NCBI GenBank assembly: GCA_015059095.1
Contig: SVBA01000003.1
Coordinates: forward strand, 38,549-102,548
Length of the DNA: 64,000 nt
DNA from: Erysipelotrichaceae bacterium
Lineage (GTDB): Bacteria > Bacillota_I > Bacilli_A > RFN20 > CAG-449
Reading direction: 5' to 3'
In this document: positions 49,666-60,294 of the stretch, in pieces
Numbering within the stretch: position 1 is the first letter of the stretch
How the letters are laid out: each line of letters begins with the position of its first letter
The notes under the pieces: generated by a model
What the model was told of the DNA's origin: nothing
What the model saw: the letters and a program-made list of their open reading frames with translations, nothing else
The model's database searches: none
Program-made: the position numbers and the translations under genes

Positions 49666-50544
49666 CTACTTTAAATATTCATAAATTGATTTACCATTAA
49701 TATTTGGGACAACTAATAATCCAACTGTACCTGGACCACAATGAGCACAAACATTAATTGCTATTGGTTGAACTTTAATTTTATATCCAGGATACTTTTC
49801 TTCGATTTGCTTAATCATAATGTCTAATACTTGCTTATTTGAATCAAAAGCTACAACACTATAATCATATTTTTCAATTGAATGTTCTTCAAAGAATAAA
49901 TCTAGCTTTTCAACAAATGCTTTTTTCATATTTCTAGTCATTGTATCTTTTACAAGTTGACCATCTGTTAATGAAATAACCGGCTTTAAACCAATCATAT
50001 TTCCAATTACTGCAATCGCTGGAGAAATTCTACCTCCATTTTTTAAAGCTTTTAGATTCTCAGGTATAAATGAAACTTTAACATTATCATTATTTCTTTC
50101 ATCTACTAATTCTTGTAATTTAAAAATGTCAGTACCCTTCTTAATTTCTTCATAAGCAAATAATACATGAGACAACATTTGAGTACATACACTATAAGCA
50201 TCAATTACAATAATCTTACCTTCAAATTCAGAATTAGAAATATTATTAAACAATTGATTCATTGATGATAATTTACTAGAAATAGTAAAATGAACAACAT
50301 AATCATAACCTTGAGAAAAAATATTATTAAAGTACTCAATTACACTTGAAGGAGGCGGAGTTGAGGTTTTAATAGTTTTTCCTTCTCTCATAGCCTTACA
50401 TAATTCATCTTGATTAATTGTAATGCCATCTAAAAATTCTTCCCCATTAATTATAACGTTTAATGGAAATACAAATATATTTAAGCTAGAAGCTAATTCT
50501 TTACTAATTGTGCATGAAGTGTCAGTTGACAAAGCAATTTTCAT
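49666..50544 (-). CDS. DegV family fatty-acid-binding protein
   Basis: STDTS, KTSTP, ISSKLS, LKNGGRI, AHCGPG. Confidence 0.92.
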   Translation of the reverse strand: MKIALSTDTSCTISKELASSLNIFVFPLNVIINGEEFLDGITINQDELCKAMREGKTIKTSTPPPSSVIEYFNNIFSQGYDYVVHFTISSKLSSMNQLFNNISNSEFEGKIIVIDAYSVCTQMLSHVLFAYEEIKKGTDIFKLQELVDERNNDNVKVSFIPENLKALKNGGRISPAIAVIGNMIGLKPVISLTDGQLVKDTMTRNMKKAFVEKLDLFFEEHSIEKYDYSVVAFDSNKQVLDIMIKQIEEKYPGYKIKVQPIAINVCAHCGPGTVGLLVVPNINGKSIYEYLK

Positions 50545-50651
50545 ATAAAACCACCATCCCACTTTCTATAAAAAAGTATATCACAAGATTTTTTATTTTA
50601 CAATTTTCTAATCTTTGATTAATAAATAATATTTACTAAGTAAATAAAATA

Positions 50652-51302
50652 TTATCTTTCTAAAATAATATCTAATATTTCCGATGGTTTTTCTATTAGA
50701 TAAGTTGGTTTGTTTTCTAAAAACTCTTCTCTAGTAGAATATCCACCATAAAGTACTGCAATTGATTTTAAATTATGGGCTTTGGCTCCAATAACATCAT
50801 ATTTTCTATCACCAACCATAATTACTTCATCCAAATTGGTTATATTGTTATATTCTAAAGCATGTTTAATTACCTCTTCTTTAGTAATTCTAACATCTTT
50901 TACTGCACCACTAATATAAGTAAAATACTTAGATAAATCAAAATGATCTAGTACAATTTTTGCTAAATGATCAGGTTTGGAAGTGGCAACAATTAACTTT
51001 ATTCCACTTTTAGTTAATTCTTCTAATACTTCTCTTATTCCATCATAAACAGAGTTTTCATAAATCCCTTTTACATTATAATCTTCACGATAATACTTAA
51101 TTGCTAAAGGAACTTGATCTTCAGGAATTCCAAATAAATCTCTAAAAGACTCAGTTAATGGTGGCCCAATAAAAGGAAATAATTGTTTTCTATCAGTAAT
51201 AGTAATGCCAAATTTTCCTAATGCATATATAGCAGAGTTAATAATACCAGGACCAGAATCAGTTAAGGTACCATCTAAATCAAATAAAACATATTTATAC
51301 AT
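50652..51302 (-). CDS. HAD-family hydrolase (phosphoglycolate phosphatase/5'-nucleotidase-like)
   Basis: FDLDGTLTDS, IGPPL, ATSKP, MVGDRKYD. Confidence 0.9.
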   Translation of the reverse strand: MYKYVLFDLDGTLTDSGPGIINSAIYALGKFGITITDRKQLFPFIGPPLTESFRDLFGIPEDQVPLAIKYYREDYNVKGIYENSVYDGIREVLEELTKSGIKLIVATSKPDHLAKIVLDHFDLSKYFTYISGAVKDVRITKEEVIKHALEYNNITNLDEVIMVGDRKYDVIGAKAHNLKSIAVLYGGYSTREEFLENKPTYLIEKPSEILDIILER

Positions 51303-51326
51303 AATATCACTCCTTAACAATAGACA

Positions 51327-51917
51327 TCATAATAAAGATAAAAGATCACAATAATCATTAAAAATATTATCTCCACAATAATCTTTAGAATATTCAAAAA
51401 TTTCTAAATATTCATCATTAAAATCTGTGCTTGAAATTATTAAAACATCTTTAAACGATAAGTTTCTTTCATTTACCAAATGCTCAATTAGTTTCATTCC
51501 ATTATGGGGTTCATTATATTTATCTATTCCACTAATTAAATTTGGAGAATAATGATTAACCAAATTATTAACTACATCAATAACTTTATTAGCAATAATT
51601 CTTACTTCAATATTAAATTCTTTACACTTAAAAAGAAACTCTTGAATGCCATTACTTAAAATACTTTTGTTCATTAATTCTTGTTTATAGACGCTTTCAA
51701 ATTTATAAATCTCATCTTCTTCTATCCCTCTAGAAGCACAATCTTCATACAAAGATGAAAGCATTAAAGAAATTGGTTTTCCTAATTCTAAAGCAATATC
51801 ATCCTCAGTTACTTCAATATTGAAGGGTTCACTAATTAATATCGACTTAATAATAGAAGTAACATTTATATATTGATCATCAAAATTAATAATCACTAAT
51901 TTTTTCATTATCATCAC
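51327..51917 (-). CDS. Degenerate HAD-like protein
   Basis: HAD-like layout (IINFDDQ, IIANK, VLII) without intact DxD or GD motifs. Confidence 0.55.
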   Translation of the reverse strand: MMIMKKLVIINFDDQYINVTSIIKSILISEPFNIEVTEDDIALELGKPISLMLSSLYEDCASRGIEEDEIYKFESVYKQELMNKSILSNGIQEFLFKCKEFNIEVRIIANKVIDVVNNLVNHYSPNLISGIDKYNEPHNGMKLIEHLVNERNLSFKDVLIISSTDFNDEYLEIFEYSKDYCGDNIFNDYCDLLSLL

Positions 51918-52003
51918 CTATATTAATATTATATTTATTAAATTAAATTTTAAAGTAAAATCTAAAATATATCTTATTTTAACCTAAAAACTCGCTTGTT
52001 TTT

Positions 52004-52034
52004 AAAAAAAGACAACTCAAAGATGAGTTGTCTT
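52004..52034 (-). terminator. Terminator ending the hydrolase/CoA-transferase unit
   Basis: AAGACAACTCA-aaga-TGAGTTGTCTT with an A-run on +. Confidence 0.75.
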
Positions 52035-52045
52035 AATAAGTAAAA

Positions 52046-52951
52046 TTATCTTTGAACGTATTCTAAGAAATCTTTTGCTAATTGATCAGGTAAATCTACT
52101 AAGATACTATGAGCACAATCGTCATAATATACTTGTTCAATTTGTTTAATCCAAGTTCTATTTTCACTAGTCATAATTTCTGGAGTAGTAATATCTTGTC
52201 TACCATTAAATGCGATTACAGGGCATTTAATATTCTTAGCAATGTCTTCACCTGGAGCATAGAAAGAAGTTTCTCCTGAAATATTAAATCTCATTAATGC
52301 CCAGTCAGCATCAACTAAATTTACTTGTTTGCATGTTTCTTCTAAATATACTTCGTTTTCTTCTTCAGAAGGTCTTTTTTTAGATAATGAAGTATAGATA
52401 GTCATGTTCCAAATTGATTCCATGAACTTGTAATTCTTTGTTTGTTGACAAGTGACCATTGGAACAACTGTAACAGGGTCAAGCGCTAATTCTTCTTTTG
52501 TTTCATAAATTTGACCAACTAAATTTTGGAAAGAAGCATCTTTTTTAAATACTGGATAACCTTTAACAGAACCAGAAGAAATTAGTACCATTTTTTCAAC
52601 TAACGAAGGATATCTAGCTGCAATACTTTGAGATACACAACCACCTAATGACCAACCAGTTAAGATACATTTTTCAACACCTAATTCTTTTAATAAAGCT
52701 ACTACATCATCAGCAAGTTCATGTAAAGAATCAATTCTTGTATTGTATGAAGAATCACCATATCCTCTTAAATCTGGAGCAATTACTCTATATTCATCAG
52801 GAATTCTTTTATATAATGGTTCATAATGATAAGAAGAAGAGAAGTTACCATGAACTAAAACAATAACTTTATCTCCCTTACCTTTTTCAACATATGCAAT
52901 TTTTTCACCATTTGGTAATGTTACATATTTTTTTTCAATTTTTAAAAACAT
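52046..52951 (-). CDS. Alpha/beta hydrolase resembling Bacillus intracellular PHB depolymerase PhaZ
   Basis: LPNGEKIAY, VHGN.SS, DLRGYGDSSYN, GWSLGG, KGYPVFKKD, TKEELALDPV, FNIS, CAHS; these blocks match the B. thuringiensis PhaZ family as I recall it. Confidence 0.75.
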   Translation of the reverse strand: MFLKIEKKYVTLPNGEKIAYVEKGKGDKVIVLVHGNFSSSYHYEPLYKRIPDEYRVIAPDLRGYGDSSYNTRIDSLHELADDVVALLKELGVEKCILTGWSLGGCVSQSIAARYPSLVEKMVLISSGSVKGYPVFKKDASFQNLVGQIYETKEELALDPVTVVPMVTCQQTKNYKFMESIWNMTIYTSLSKKRPSEEENEVYLEETCKQVNLVDADWALMRFNISGETSFYAPGEDIAKNIKCPVIAFNGRQDITTPEIMTSENRTWIKQIEQVYYDDCAHSILVDLPDQLAKDFLEYVQR

Positions 52952-52962
52952 AATTTTTCTCC

Positions 52963-53784
52963 TTAAATAACAAATTTTGTATCTTTTGCATTAGCAAATC
53001 CTAATACTAATGAAATAAATAATAATGGATCTTCATACATTGATGCATGACCACAATGAGGTAAAATAACATGATGGGCATTTTTAAGTTCTTTTACGAT
53101 TAATTCTTGTTCACAAAGCGGAGTTAAACAATCATATAAAGAAGAAATAACTAATGTTTCATGTTTAATTTTATGAATTTCAGTTCTAATATCATGAGAT
53201 TCAGAACTATTAACTAATCTATTCATTCTTTCTTGGAATGCTTTTGTGCTAAATAAAGGAACTAATACTTTTCTTCTATTTTCCATCCATTCTTCTTTTT
53301 CTTGATAGAATTTAGAAGAATAAATAACTGGAATTGCTAAATCATAATAAGCATCTCCATCTAAAGTTTTTCCTACTGCATTCCATGCTCTACCAATATC
53401 TCTTAACCAATTACTAGTCCATGCAGCAGCATTAGCTAAAACCAATCTTTCAACATCTTTTGGATAGTATAAAGCATGTCTTAATGCTACTTCTCCTCCA
53501 TAAGAAACACCAACAATTGTTAAATGTTTTAATTCTAAATGTTCAATTAATGCGTGTAAAAGTTCAGCTTGTAAATTATGATCATAAGTTATTCCATCCA
53601 TTCTTGATGAATAACCTTGATCCAAAAAATCGACTCTTACTAAAGTGTTTGAACTAATAACAGAATTTTTAAATGTATTCCAAGACGCTGTAGACATCAT
53701 AATTCCGTTTAAAAATAGAATTGGTCTACCTTCTCCTTCTATTTCATAATAGACTTCATAGTCTTTAAAATTAAATTTTGGCAT
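52963..53784 (-). CDS. Alpha/beta hydrolase (enol-lactonase-like)
   Basis: LNGIMM, DFLDQG, GVSYGG nucleophile elbow, CGHASMYE. Confidence 0.85.
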   Translation of the reverse strand: MPKFNFKDYEVYYEIEGEGRPILFLNGIMMSTASWNTFKNSVISSNTLVRVDFLDQGYSSRMDGITYDHNLQAELLHALIEHLELKHLTIVGVSYGGEVALRHALYYPKDVERLVLANAAAWTSNWLRDIGRAWNAVGKTLDGDAYYDLAIPVIYSSKFYQEKEEWMENRRKVLVPLFSTKAFQERMNRLVNSSESHDIRTEIHKIKHETLVISSLYDCLTPLCEQELIVKELKNAHHVILPHCGHASMYEDPLLFISLVLGFANAKDTKFVI

Positions 53785-53788
53785 AGTT

Positions 53789-55111
53789 TTAGCCTCTTGG
53801 ATAAATAATACCGATTTTAATTGCTTCTTCCATCAATTGTTCACGGAATTTTGGATGAGCAATAGAAATAATTTTTTCAACTCTTTCTCTAATTGTTGTA
53901 CCTTTTAAGTTAACACAACCATATTCAGTAACTAAATAATCAATATCATTTCTTGATAATGAAACAGTTGCACCTGGTTTTAATTGACATACAATTTTAG
54001 AAACTTCTTCTTTTTCACCAGTAGCTGGATTTCTAACCATTGCAGTTGAATATAAAGCAATAAATGATTTACCATTTTTAGACATTTGAGCACCAATAGC
54101 AGTATCAGATTGTCCACCAGTACCACTAAATTGCATTGAACCAATTGATTCAGAACAGCATTGACCAGTAACATCAACTTCTAAAGAAGTATTAATTGAA
54201 ACTTGATTATCATTTTGAGCAATAACATAAGGATCATTTACATATGAACCTGCTAAAATAGCACAAGAAGGATTATTATCTAAATAATCATACATTTCTC
54301 TAGTACCCATAGCAAATGCTGCAACCATCTTTCCTTTATGAGTTTGTTTACATTTACCATTGATTACGCCAGCTTTAGCAAGTTTTACCATTTCAGAAGT
54401 TAACATTTCAGTATGAATACCTAAATTCTTCTTTCCGTATAATGATTTAGCAACAGCATTTGGAATACCACCAATACCTAATTGTAAACAATCTCCGTCT
54501 TTGATATGATCAGCAATATATTTACCAATTGCCAAATCTTTTTCATTTGGTTCAGCATCTGGAATTTCAGGAATATCATAATCAACTTCAATAATATGAT
54601 CAATATCATTTACATGAATTTCAACATCACCAAATGTTCTAGGACATTTTTTATTACATTCTATAATAACGATATCTGCTGCTTCAATTGATTCTTTTTC
54701 ATAAACATTACTTAAAGATAATGAAATATATCCATGTTCATCTGGATAAGTACCATTACCAACATAAATATGTGGTTTAATATGCGCTAAACGTTTACTT
54801 GCAGCAAAGTGTAAGTTATTTGGAATAAATGAAATATTACCTTGCTTATGAGCTTTTCTTAAACCCGGAGCATAGAACCATCCATCAACACCAAAACTTT
54901 TACGATATTCTGGATTTTGGAAGAATTCATAAGTGTCCATTGGTAAGCAGTTATTAACTGTAACATTTTCTACTCTATCTGCGATAGTATGTAATTGTTT
55001 TAAGAAAGCTTTACCTTCTGCAGAACCTAAACCAGTAATAATGTGATCATTACTTCTAACTAGTTTTAATGCTTCCTCTACAGTAATGATTTTGTTTTTG
55101 TAATCTACCAT
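53789..55111 (-). CDS. Acetyl-CoA hydrolase/transferase family (4-hydroxybutyrate CoA-transferase-like)
   Basis: LQLGIGGIPNAV, GIHTEM, SGTGGQSD, VTEYG, IAHPKFRE. Confidence 0.9.
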   Translation of the reverse strand: MVDYKNKIITVEEALKLVRSNDHIITGLGSAEGKAFLKQLHTIADRVENVTVNNCLPMDTYEFFQNPEYRKSFGVDGWFYAPGLRKAHKQGNISFIPNNLHFAASKRLAHIKPHIYVGNGTYPDEHGYISLSLSNVYEKESIEAADIVIIECNKKCPRTFGDVEIHVNDIDHIIEVDYDIPEIPDAEPNEKDLAIGKYIADHIKDGDCLQLGIGGIPNAVAKSLYGKKNLGIHTEMLTSEMVKLAKAGVINGKCKQTHKGKMVAAFAMGTREMYDYLDNNPSCAILAGSYVNDPYVIAQNDNQVSINTSLEVDVTGQCCSESIGSMQFSGTGGQSDTAIGAQMSKNGKSFIALYSTAMVRNPATGEKEEVSKIVCQLKPGATVSLSRNDIDYLVTEYGCVNLKGTTIRERVEKIISIAHPKFREQLMEEAIKIGIIYPRG

Positions 55112-55253
55112 AATTTTCACCTAATTTAATATAATATTAAACCCTTTCTTATTATATATACTAAACACCTATTTCTAGATGCATTAATATCAACCTTAAA
55201 CTTTCTCTTATAGAGAATTAACTACTATTTATTTGTTTTTTAAAATGAGATAA

Positions 55254-55283
55254 ATCCAATGGGAGAAAAATCCCCCATTGGAT
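55254..55283 (-). terminator. Stem-loop after the SBP gene
   Basis: ATCCAATGGG...CCCATTGGAT. Confidence 0.65.
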
Positions 55284-55325
55284 AATAGTTTTATTTACTA
55301 ATAATGATATTAATAAATTAATTAA

Positions 55326-56810
55326 TTATTTTGCAGCTTCAACAGCTTTTAATGTAGTGATGCCTGAATAAACTTCTAATGCACCAGCACCTAATGCGTT
55401 TTTAGTTAATTTGTTTAATGCTAAGTCTTGGATACCATATCTAGCACCATTTGCTAAATCAATAGCACCACCCATTGGGAAGTCATATGGAGCAGATTCC
55501 ATAGCATCAATGTAGTTTTTCCAGTTTAGAACTTTACCAGCTTCTTCAACTCTATCTAAACCTTCAATGAACATATGACCAGCAATATATCCTGCTAATG
55601 CATATGAGTTGAATGATAATGCCCAAGCAGCAGTTGGATCATTTTCTAATCCCCAAGCAAAGATTGCTTCTGCAACTGTCCAATATTCTTCAGAGAATCC
55701 TGGAACACCAGCATCATAGAATGTAGGAAGACCTAAAGTATCATCATAGATTTTATATCCAGCCCATAAACCAGTACCTACTGTATTACTTGCATCTGGA
55801 GCATAAACATATGTGTCAGCGATATCTAACCATGCAGTAGCATAAGCTTCTCTAGTTTCAGTAATTGCACCAGAGTCAACTAAAGATTTTGCTAAATCTG
55901 TGTTAGCAGAAACATAAGATGTAATAACTTTAACATTGTCATAACCACCTGTTTTGAAGTATGACATAATTTCAGCAAATGGAGCTTGGTTAGCAGCGAT
56001 AATTACAACGTCACAACCAGCATTCTTTAATGCTTGAACTGGAGTACCATGGTTAGTACCAGGAGTAGAAGCTGTAGTTACATAAGTAATATCAGAAATA
56101 CCTAATTTAGTTGCTTCTAATTTAATACCATTTAACATACCTTTACCAGCATCATCAGTAGTTGAGATGACACCAATTTTTTTACCACCTAGACCCATGT
56201 TGCCTTCAGTTTTAGCAACTGCTCTAGCTAATAATACTTGACCTTCAGCGTCATAAATTGGTTGAACAGACATAACTGCTTTATCATTACCTTCTGCTTT
56301 TTGGTTAAATAAACCAGAAACACCAGTAGCAGCATATACCATTGGAATACCTTTTTCTTTAATTGTATCTAATGTAGCTTCTACAGTTGGAGTACCGAAG
56401 TGACCAACAAGAGCGAATACTTCATCTTCTTCAATTAATTTTTCAGTATAAGTAGCACCTTTTGCACCATCGAAACCATCATCATAATGTTTTAATTCGA
56501 TTTTTAAACCTTCTTCGCCGAAACCGCCAGCATCATTATATGCTTTGAATGCAGCTTCTAAACCAGCGTTGAATGGACCACCAACAGTAGCAAATGCACC
56601 TGAAGTAGCAGCAGCGTTTCCAACTAAAATTTTTCCTTCACCAACACCTTGAGAAACTTCTTCTTTTACTTCTTCAGATTTTTCACTTGATGGTGCGTCA
56701 GAAGATCCTGGACCTGGAGCAGGTTCACTAGAAGATGGATTACCAATTCCACATCCTACTAAGCTACCAACTAATGCTAGACTAGCTAATAATAATTTAT
56801 TTTTTTTCAT
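55326..56810 (-). CDS. Liv/HAAT-family ABC substrate-binding lipoprotein
   Basis: Lipobox LVG-C; SGAFATVG, NDAGG, YDDGFD, LIEEDEVFALVG. Confidence 0.85.
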   Translation of the reverse strand: MKKNKLLLASLALVGSLVGCGIGNPSSSEPAPGPGSSDAPSSEKSEEVKEEVSQGVGEGKILVGNAAATSGAFATVGGPFNAGLEAAFKAYNDAGGFGEEGLKIELKHYDDGFDGAKGATYTEKLIEEDEVFALVGHFGTPTVEATLDTIKEKGIPMVYAATGVSGLFNQKAEGNDKAVMSVQPIYDAEGQVLLARAVAKTEGNMGLGGKKIGVISTTDDAGKGMLNGIKLEATKLGISDITYVTTASTPGTNHGTPVQALKNAGCDVVIIAANQAPFAEIMSYFKTGGYDNVKVITSYVSANTDLAKSLVDSGAITETREAYATAWLDIADTYVYAPDASNTVGTGLWAGYKIYDDTLGLPTFYDAGVPGFSEEYWTVAEAIFAWGLENDPTAAWALSFNSYALAGYIAGHMFIEGLDRVEEAGKVLNWKNYIDAMESAPYDFPMGGAIDLANGARYGIQDLALNKLTKNALGAGALEVYSGITTLKAVEAAK

Positions 56811-56878
56811 CTTTTTTCTCCTTTCATTATCATTGTATTATAGATGATTATATTAAATTGCTTGATAGCAATATTAAC

Positions 56879-57733
56879 CTATTTTTTTCCGCCCAAATAA
56901 GCTTCTACTAAACGCTTATCATTAATCAATTCACTAGCAGGGCCTTCTAGTGAAATAGAACCAAGTTCTAATACATATGCATAATCTGCGATTTTTAATG
57001 TTTGCAATGCATTTTGTTCTACAATTAGGATTGTAGTACCTTCTTTTTGAATTTCTTTTAATGTATTAAAGATATCTTTAATAATTAATGGAGCTAAACC
57101 AAGAGATGGTTCATCAAGAAGTAATAATTTTGGGGATGCCATTAATGCTCTACCAATTGCAAGCATTTGTTGTTCACCACCTGAAAGAGTATTTGCTTGT
57201 TGTTTTCTTCTTTCCTTTAAAATTGGGAATAGACGATATACTCTATCAAAATTTTCTTTTTGTTGTTGACTAGCAGTTATTTTAACTTTTTGACCATCTT
57301 TTTCGATAATTTTGGTTTTTAATCCATAAGCACCAGCTTTTAAATTATCTTCTACATTTAATCCATTAAATACCAATCTACCTTCTGGAGATTGAGTTAA
57401 ACCTCTTTTTGCAATATCGAATGCTTTTCTATTAGTAATATTTTCACCATTGAAAATAACTTGACCACCATTTGATTTAATAACACCACTAATAGTTCTT
57501 AATGTAGTTGTTTTTCCAGCACCATTGGCACCTAATAATGCAACAATTTGGCCTTCAGATATTTTTAAATTAATACCTTTTACAGCTTGAATAGGACCAT
57601 AATTAACTTTTAATCCATTGACAAGTAATACTTTATCTTGATCTTCGTCTGCAATTTCTACTTTAGATCCAATAAATTTAGATTTAATCTTATTTAGAAC
57701 ATTAGCGAAGAAATTTACTTTTTTATTTTCCAT
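56879..57733 (-). CDS. LivF-like ABC ATP-binding protein
   Basis: GANGAGKTT, PEGR, LSGGEQQMLAIGRALM, DEPSLGLAP, VEQNA. Confidence 0.92.
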   Translation of the reverse strand: MENKKVNFFANVLNKIKSKFIGSKVEIADEDQDKVLLVNGLKVNYGPIQAVKGINLKISEGQIVALLGANGAGKTTTLRTISGVIKSNGGQVIFNGENITNRKAFDIAKRGLTQSPEGRLVFNGLNVEDNLKAGAYGLKTKIIEKDGQKVKITASQQQKENFDRVYRLFPILKERRKQQANTLSGGEQQMLAIGRALMASPKLLLLDEPSLGLAPLIIKDIFNTLKEIQKEGTTILIVEQNALQTLKIADYAYVLELGSISLEGPASELINDKRLVEAYLGGKK

Positions 57734-57735
57734 TT

Positions 57736-59163
57736 TTATTCCTCCTCTTGTGTTCCTAAATATGCTGCTTGAACTTCTTTATTCTTTTGAATTTCTTCAG
57801 TAGTTCCAATAGCAAGTAATTTACCAAATGAGATAGCACATACTGTATCACAGATATCCATTACAAGTCCCATATCATGTTCAACTAATAAGATAGTACA
57901 ACCATATTTATCTTGAATTTTTCTAATTAACTTAGTTAATTCAGCAGTTTCAGTATCATTTAAACCTGCTGCAGGTTCATCTAAGATAATTAATTGAGGA
58001 TTGTTCATTAATGTACGAGCAATTTCAATTTTCTTTAATATACCATAAGGTAATCCCCAAGCTAACCAATCTTTATATAAAGATAATCCCATAAATTCAA
58101 GAACTTCTTCTGCTTTTTTTCTCATCGCTAATTCTTCTTTCTTAAGTGAAGGAAGATGTAAGAATTGAGTGAATAATGAAGAACGATATTGAGAATGAGC
58201 TGCAACTAATAAGTTATCAATTACAGAAATTTCTTTAACTACTTCTACGTTTTGGAAAGTTCTAACAATTCCTTTTTTAACAATATCATGAACTACATAA
58301 TCAGTTAATGTAATTGTATTACCAGATTTTTCTTGAAATAATAATTTACCTTTTGTTGGTTTGTAGAATTGAGTAATACAGTTAAATACAGTTGTTTTAC
58401 CTGCACCATTTGGTCCAATTAAACCAAAGATTTCACCTTTTTTAACTTCAAATGATAAATTATCAACTGCTTTTAATCCACCAAATTGCATCGTTAGATT
58501 TTCTACTTTTAAAACGATATTTTCATCTAATAATTCTTCATCATTTTTAAGTGTTTTTAATACCTCTTTATATTTTTCTATATTCATTTGAGGTTTAATA
58601 ATACGTTTAGATAATTTTTCTTCAATTGCAGAAATTTTTTCTTCTTCAATTTTTCTAATATCTTTTGTATATTTTTCAATTTCTACTTTGCTACTTTCTT
58701 TTAAAGAAACTAAGCTTTTTCTAATTTCTTCTTTTTGGGCTTCATCAGTAACAATGTATTTAGATAGTTGTTTAGTTAAGCAATTTCTAATTTTACTTTC
58801 AAACCACCATTTATGTTTATTTAGTTTTTCTAATCTAGTTTCATATTTAGAAACTGAAGATTCAGAATATTTTCTTAAGCGCATTCTTTGAATAATAAAT
58901 CTTCTAGCCCAATAATCAAATTTATTGTAGATACGCATTTTAGATACCAATCTAGAACCTACTTCCTCATTTAAATCTAAGATAGCAAATTCTAAGCGAT
59001 TAATTTCTAATTCCTTACTTTTAATAAAGTTATTAATCTTTTTATCACATCTTTTAGAAACAACACTTTTATCATAAATTGCCATTTCTTTTAGGTGATG
59101 TATTTTTTCTGAATTTTTTTCTACTAAAGAAGAGTAGATACCATATTTATTAATAAGACCCAT
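57736..59163 (-). CDS. LivG-like ABC ATP-binding protein with ~210-aa N-terminal extension
   Basis: [36 protein letters not shown]. Confidence 0.9.
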   Translation of the reverse strand: MGLINKYGIYSSLVEKNSEKIHHLKEMAIYDKSVVSKRCDKKINNFIKSKELEINRLEFAILDLNEEVGSRLVSKMRIYNKFDYWARRFIIQRMRLRKYSESSVSKYETRLEKLNKHKWWFESKIRNCLTKQLSKYIVTDEAQKEEIRKSLVSLKESSKVEIEKYTKDIRKIEEEKISAIEEKLSKRIIKPQMNIEKYKEVLKTLKNDEELLDENIVLKVENLTMQFGGLKAVDNLSFEVKKGEIFGLIGPNGAGKTTVFNCITQFYKPTKGKLLFQEKSGNTITLTDYVVHDIVKKGIVRTFQNVEVVKEISVIDNLLVAAHSQYRSSLFTQFLHLPSLKKEELAMRKKAEEVLEFMGLSLYKDWLAWGLPYGILKKIEIARTLMNNPQLIILDEPAAGLNDTETAELTKLIRKIQDKYGCTILLVEHDMGLVMDICDTVCAISFGKLLAIGTTEEIQKNKEVQAAYLGTQEEE

Positions 59164-60292
59164 ACATTCTCTCCTTTATTTTTTTGAATAATCTCTTAAC
59201 TTTTAATTTTAATTCTAAGAATAATTGAGATAATCCTCCTGGGAAGAACATAACAATTACAACGATTAAGATACCACTAACAAGTCCCATGAAACTTGGG
59301 TTCTTTTCAAAGAATTCAATTTCGTTTAAGAATAATGGTTGAATACCAAATAGAATCATTACTCCAAGTATTACTCCCCACAAAGATTTTGATCCACCAA
59401 TAATTACTGCTCCAAGAATATTAAGTGAAGTATTTAAACTTAATAGAGGGTCATCAGTTGTACTTAATGAACTTGTTACACAAGTAATGTATAACAAACC
59501 ACCAATAGCAGCATATACAGTTGAGATAACGAATGCTAATAAACGATATTTAATTAATGAAATACCCATTGCTTGAGCAGCACTTGTTGAGTTTTTCATA
59601 GTTACCATTGCTCTACCTGTAGGCGAATTAATTAAGTTTTGAGTCAAAACTAATAAGATAACAAAGATTACTGTTACTAATGCACACTTACTCGCATTAT
59701 CTAATTTAGTTAACCATAATATTGCATTTGAACTACTTACTTTAATAGTTGCAGTACCATTTAAGATTGATGCGATATTTTCTAATAATTGGAAGATGAT
59801 TTCTGCTAATCCTAATGTTAAGATAGCTAAATACATACCTTCAATTCTTAACGAGATAAACCCGACAAACATACCTAGAATTATCGATACTATTATTGCC
59901 CCTAATAAAGCAATAAAGATTGATACATTAATTGCTTGTCCTCCTAGATACAAATAGAAAGGATATTTTTCTATGATGATATGAGCAACCATTGCTCCTA
60001 CCCCAACAAATCCTGCTGTACCTAAAGATGCCAATCCTGAATAACCAAGTAATAAACAGAATCCAATTGATATAATTCCATAAACGACTAATGTAGCTAA
60101 TGTTTTAGACATTGAATATGGAATTATTTTTTTATTTGCCAAATTACCTAATACGATTAACACTATTCCCATTAATACGAAATAGATAATTGGACTTTTT
60201 AAGAAATTAATTATTTTTCTTAAAACTTGTTTAATGATGTTGTCCTTTTTAAACATCATAGAAGGTGCTTTATTATATTGTTTCATTTCCAT
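59150..60292 (-). CDS. LivM-like ABC permease
   Basis: LLGYSGLASLG, LRIEGMYLAILTLG, NSPTGRA, AAQAMGI. Confidence 0.9.
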   Translation of the reverse strand: MEMKQYNKAPSMMFKKDNIIKQVLRKIINFLKSPIIYFVLMGIVLIVLGNLANKKIIPYSMSKTLATLVVYGIISIGFCLLLGYSGLASLGTAGFVGVGAMVAHIIIEKYPFYLYLGGQAINVSIFIALLGAIIVSIILGMFVGFISLRIEGMYLAILTLGLAEIIFQLLENIASILNGTATIKVSSSNAILWLTKLDNASKCALVTVIFVILLVLTQNLINSPTGRAMVTMKNSTSAAQAMGISLIKYRLLAFVISTVYAAIGGLLYITCVTSSLSTTDDPLLSLNTSLNILGAVIIGGSKSLWGVILGVMILFGIQPLFLNEIEFFEKNPSFMGLVSGILIVVIVMFFPGGLSQLFLELKLKVKRLFKKIKERMYGSY

Positions 60293-60294
60293 AA

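Noticed and set aside
55121-55325. Riboswitch or ncRNA in the longer intergenic gap
   Set aside because: Only one hairpin and AT-rich promoter-like sequence; no recognisable aptamer or T-box (an Rfam scan was not run)
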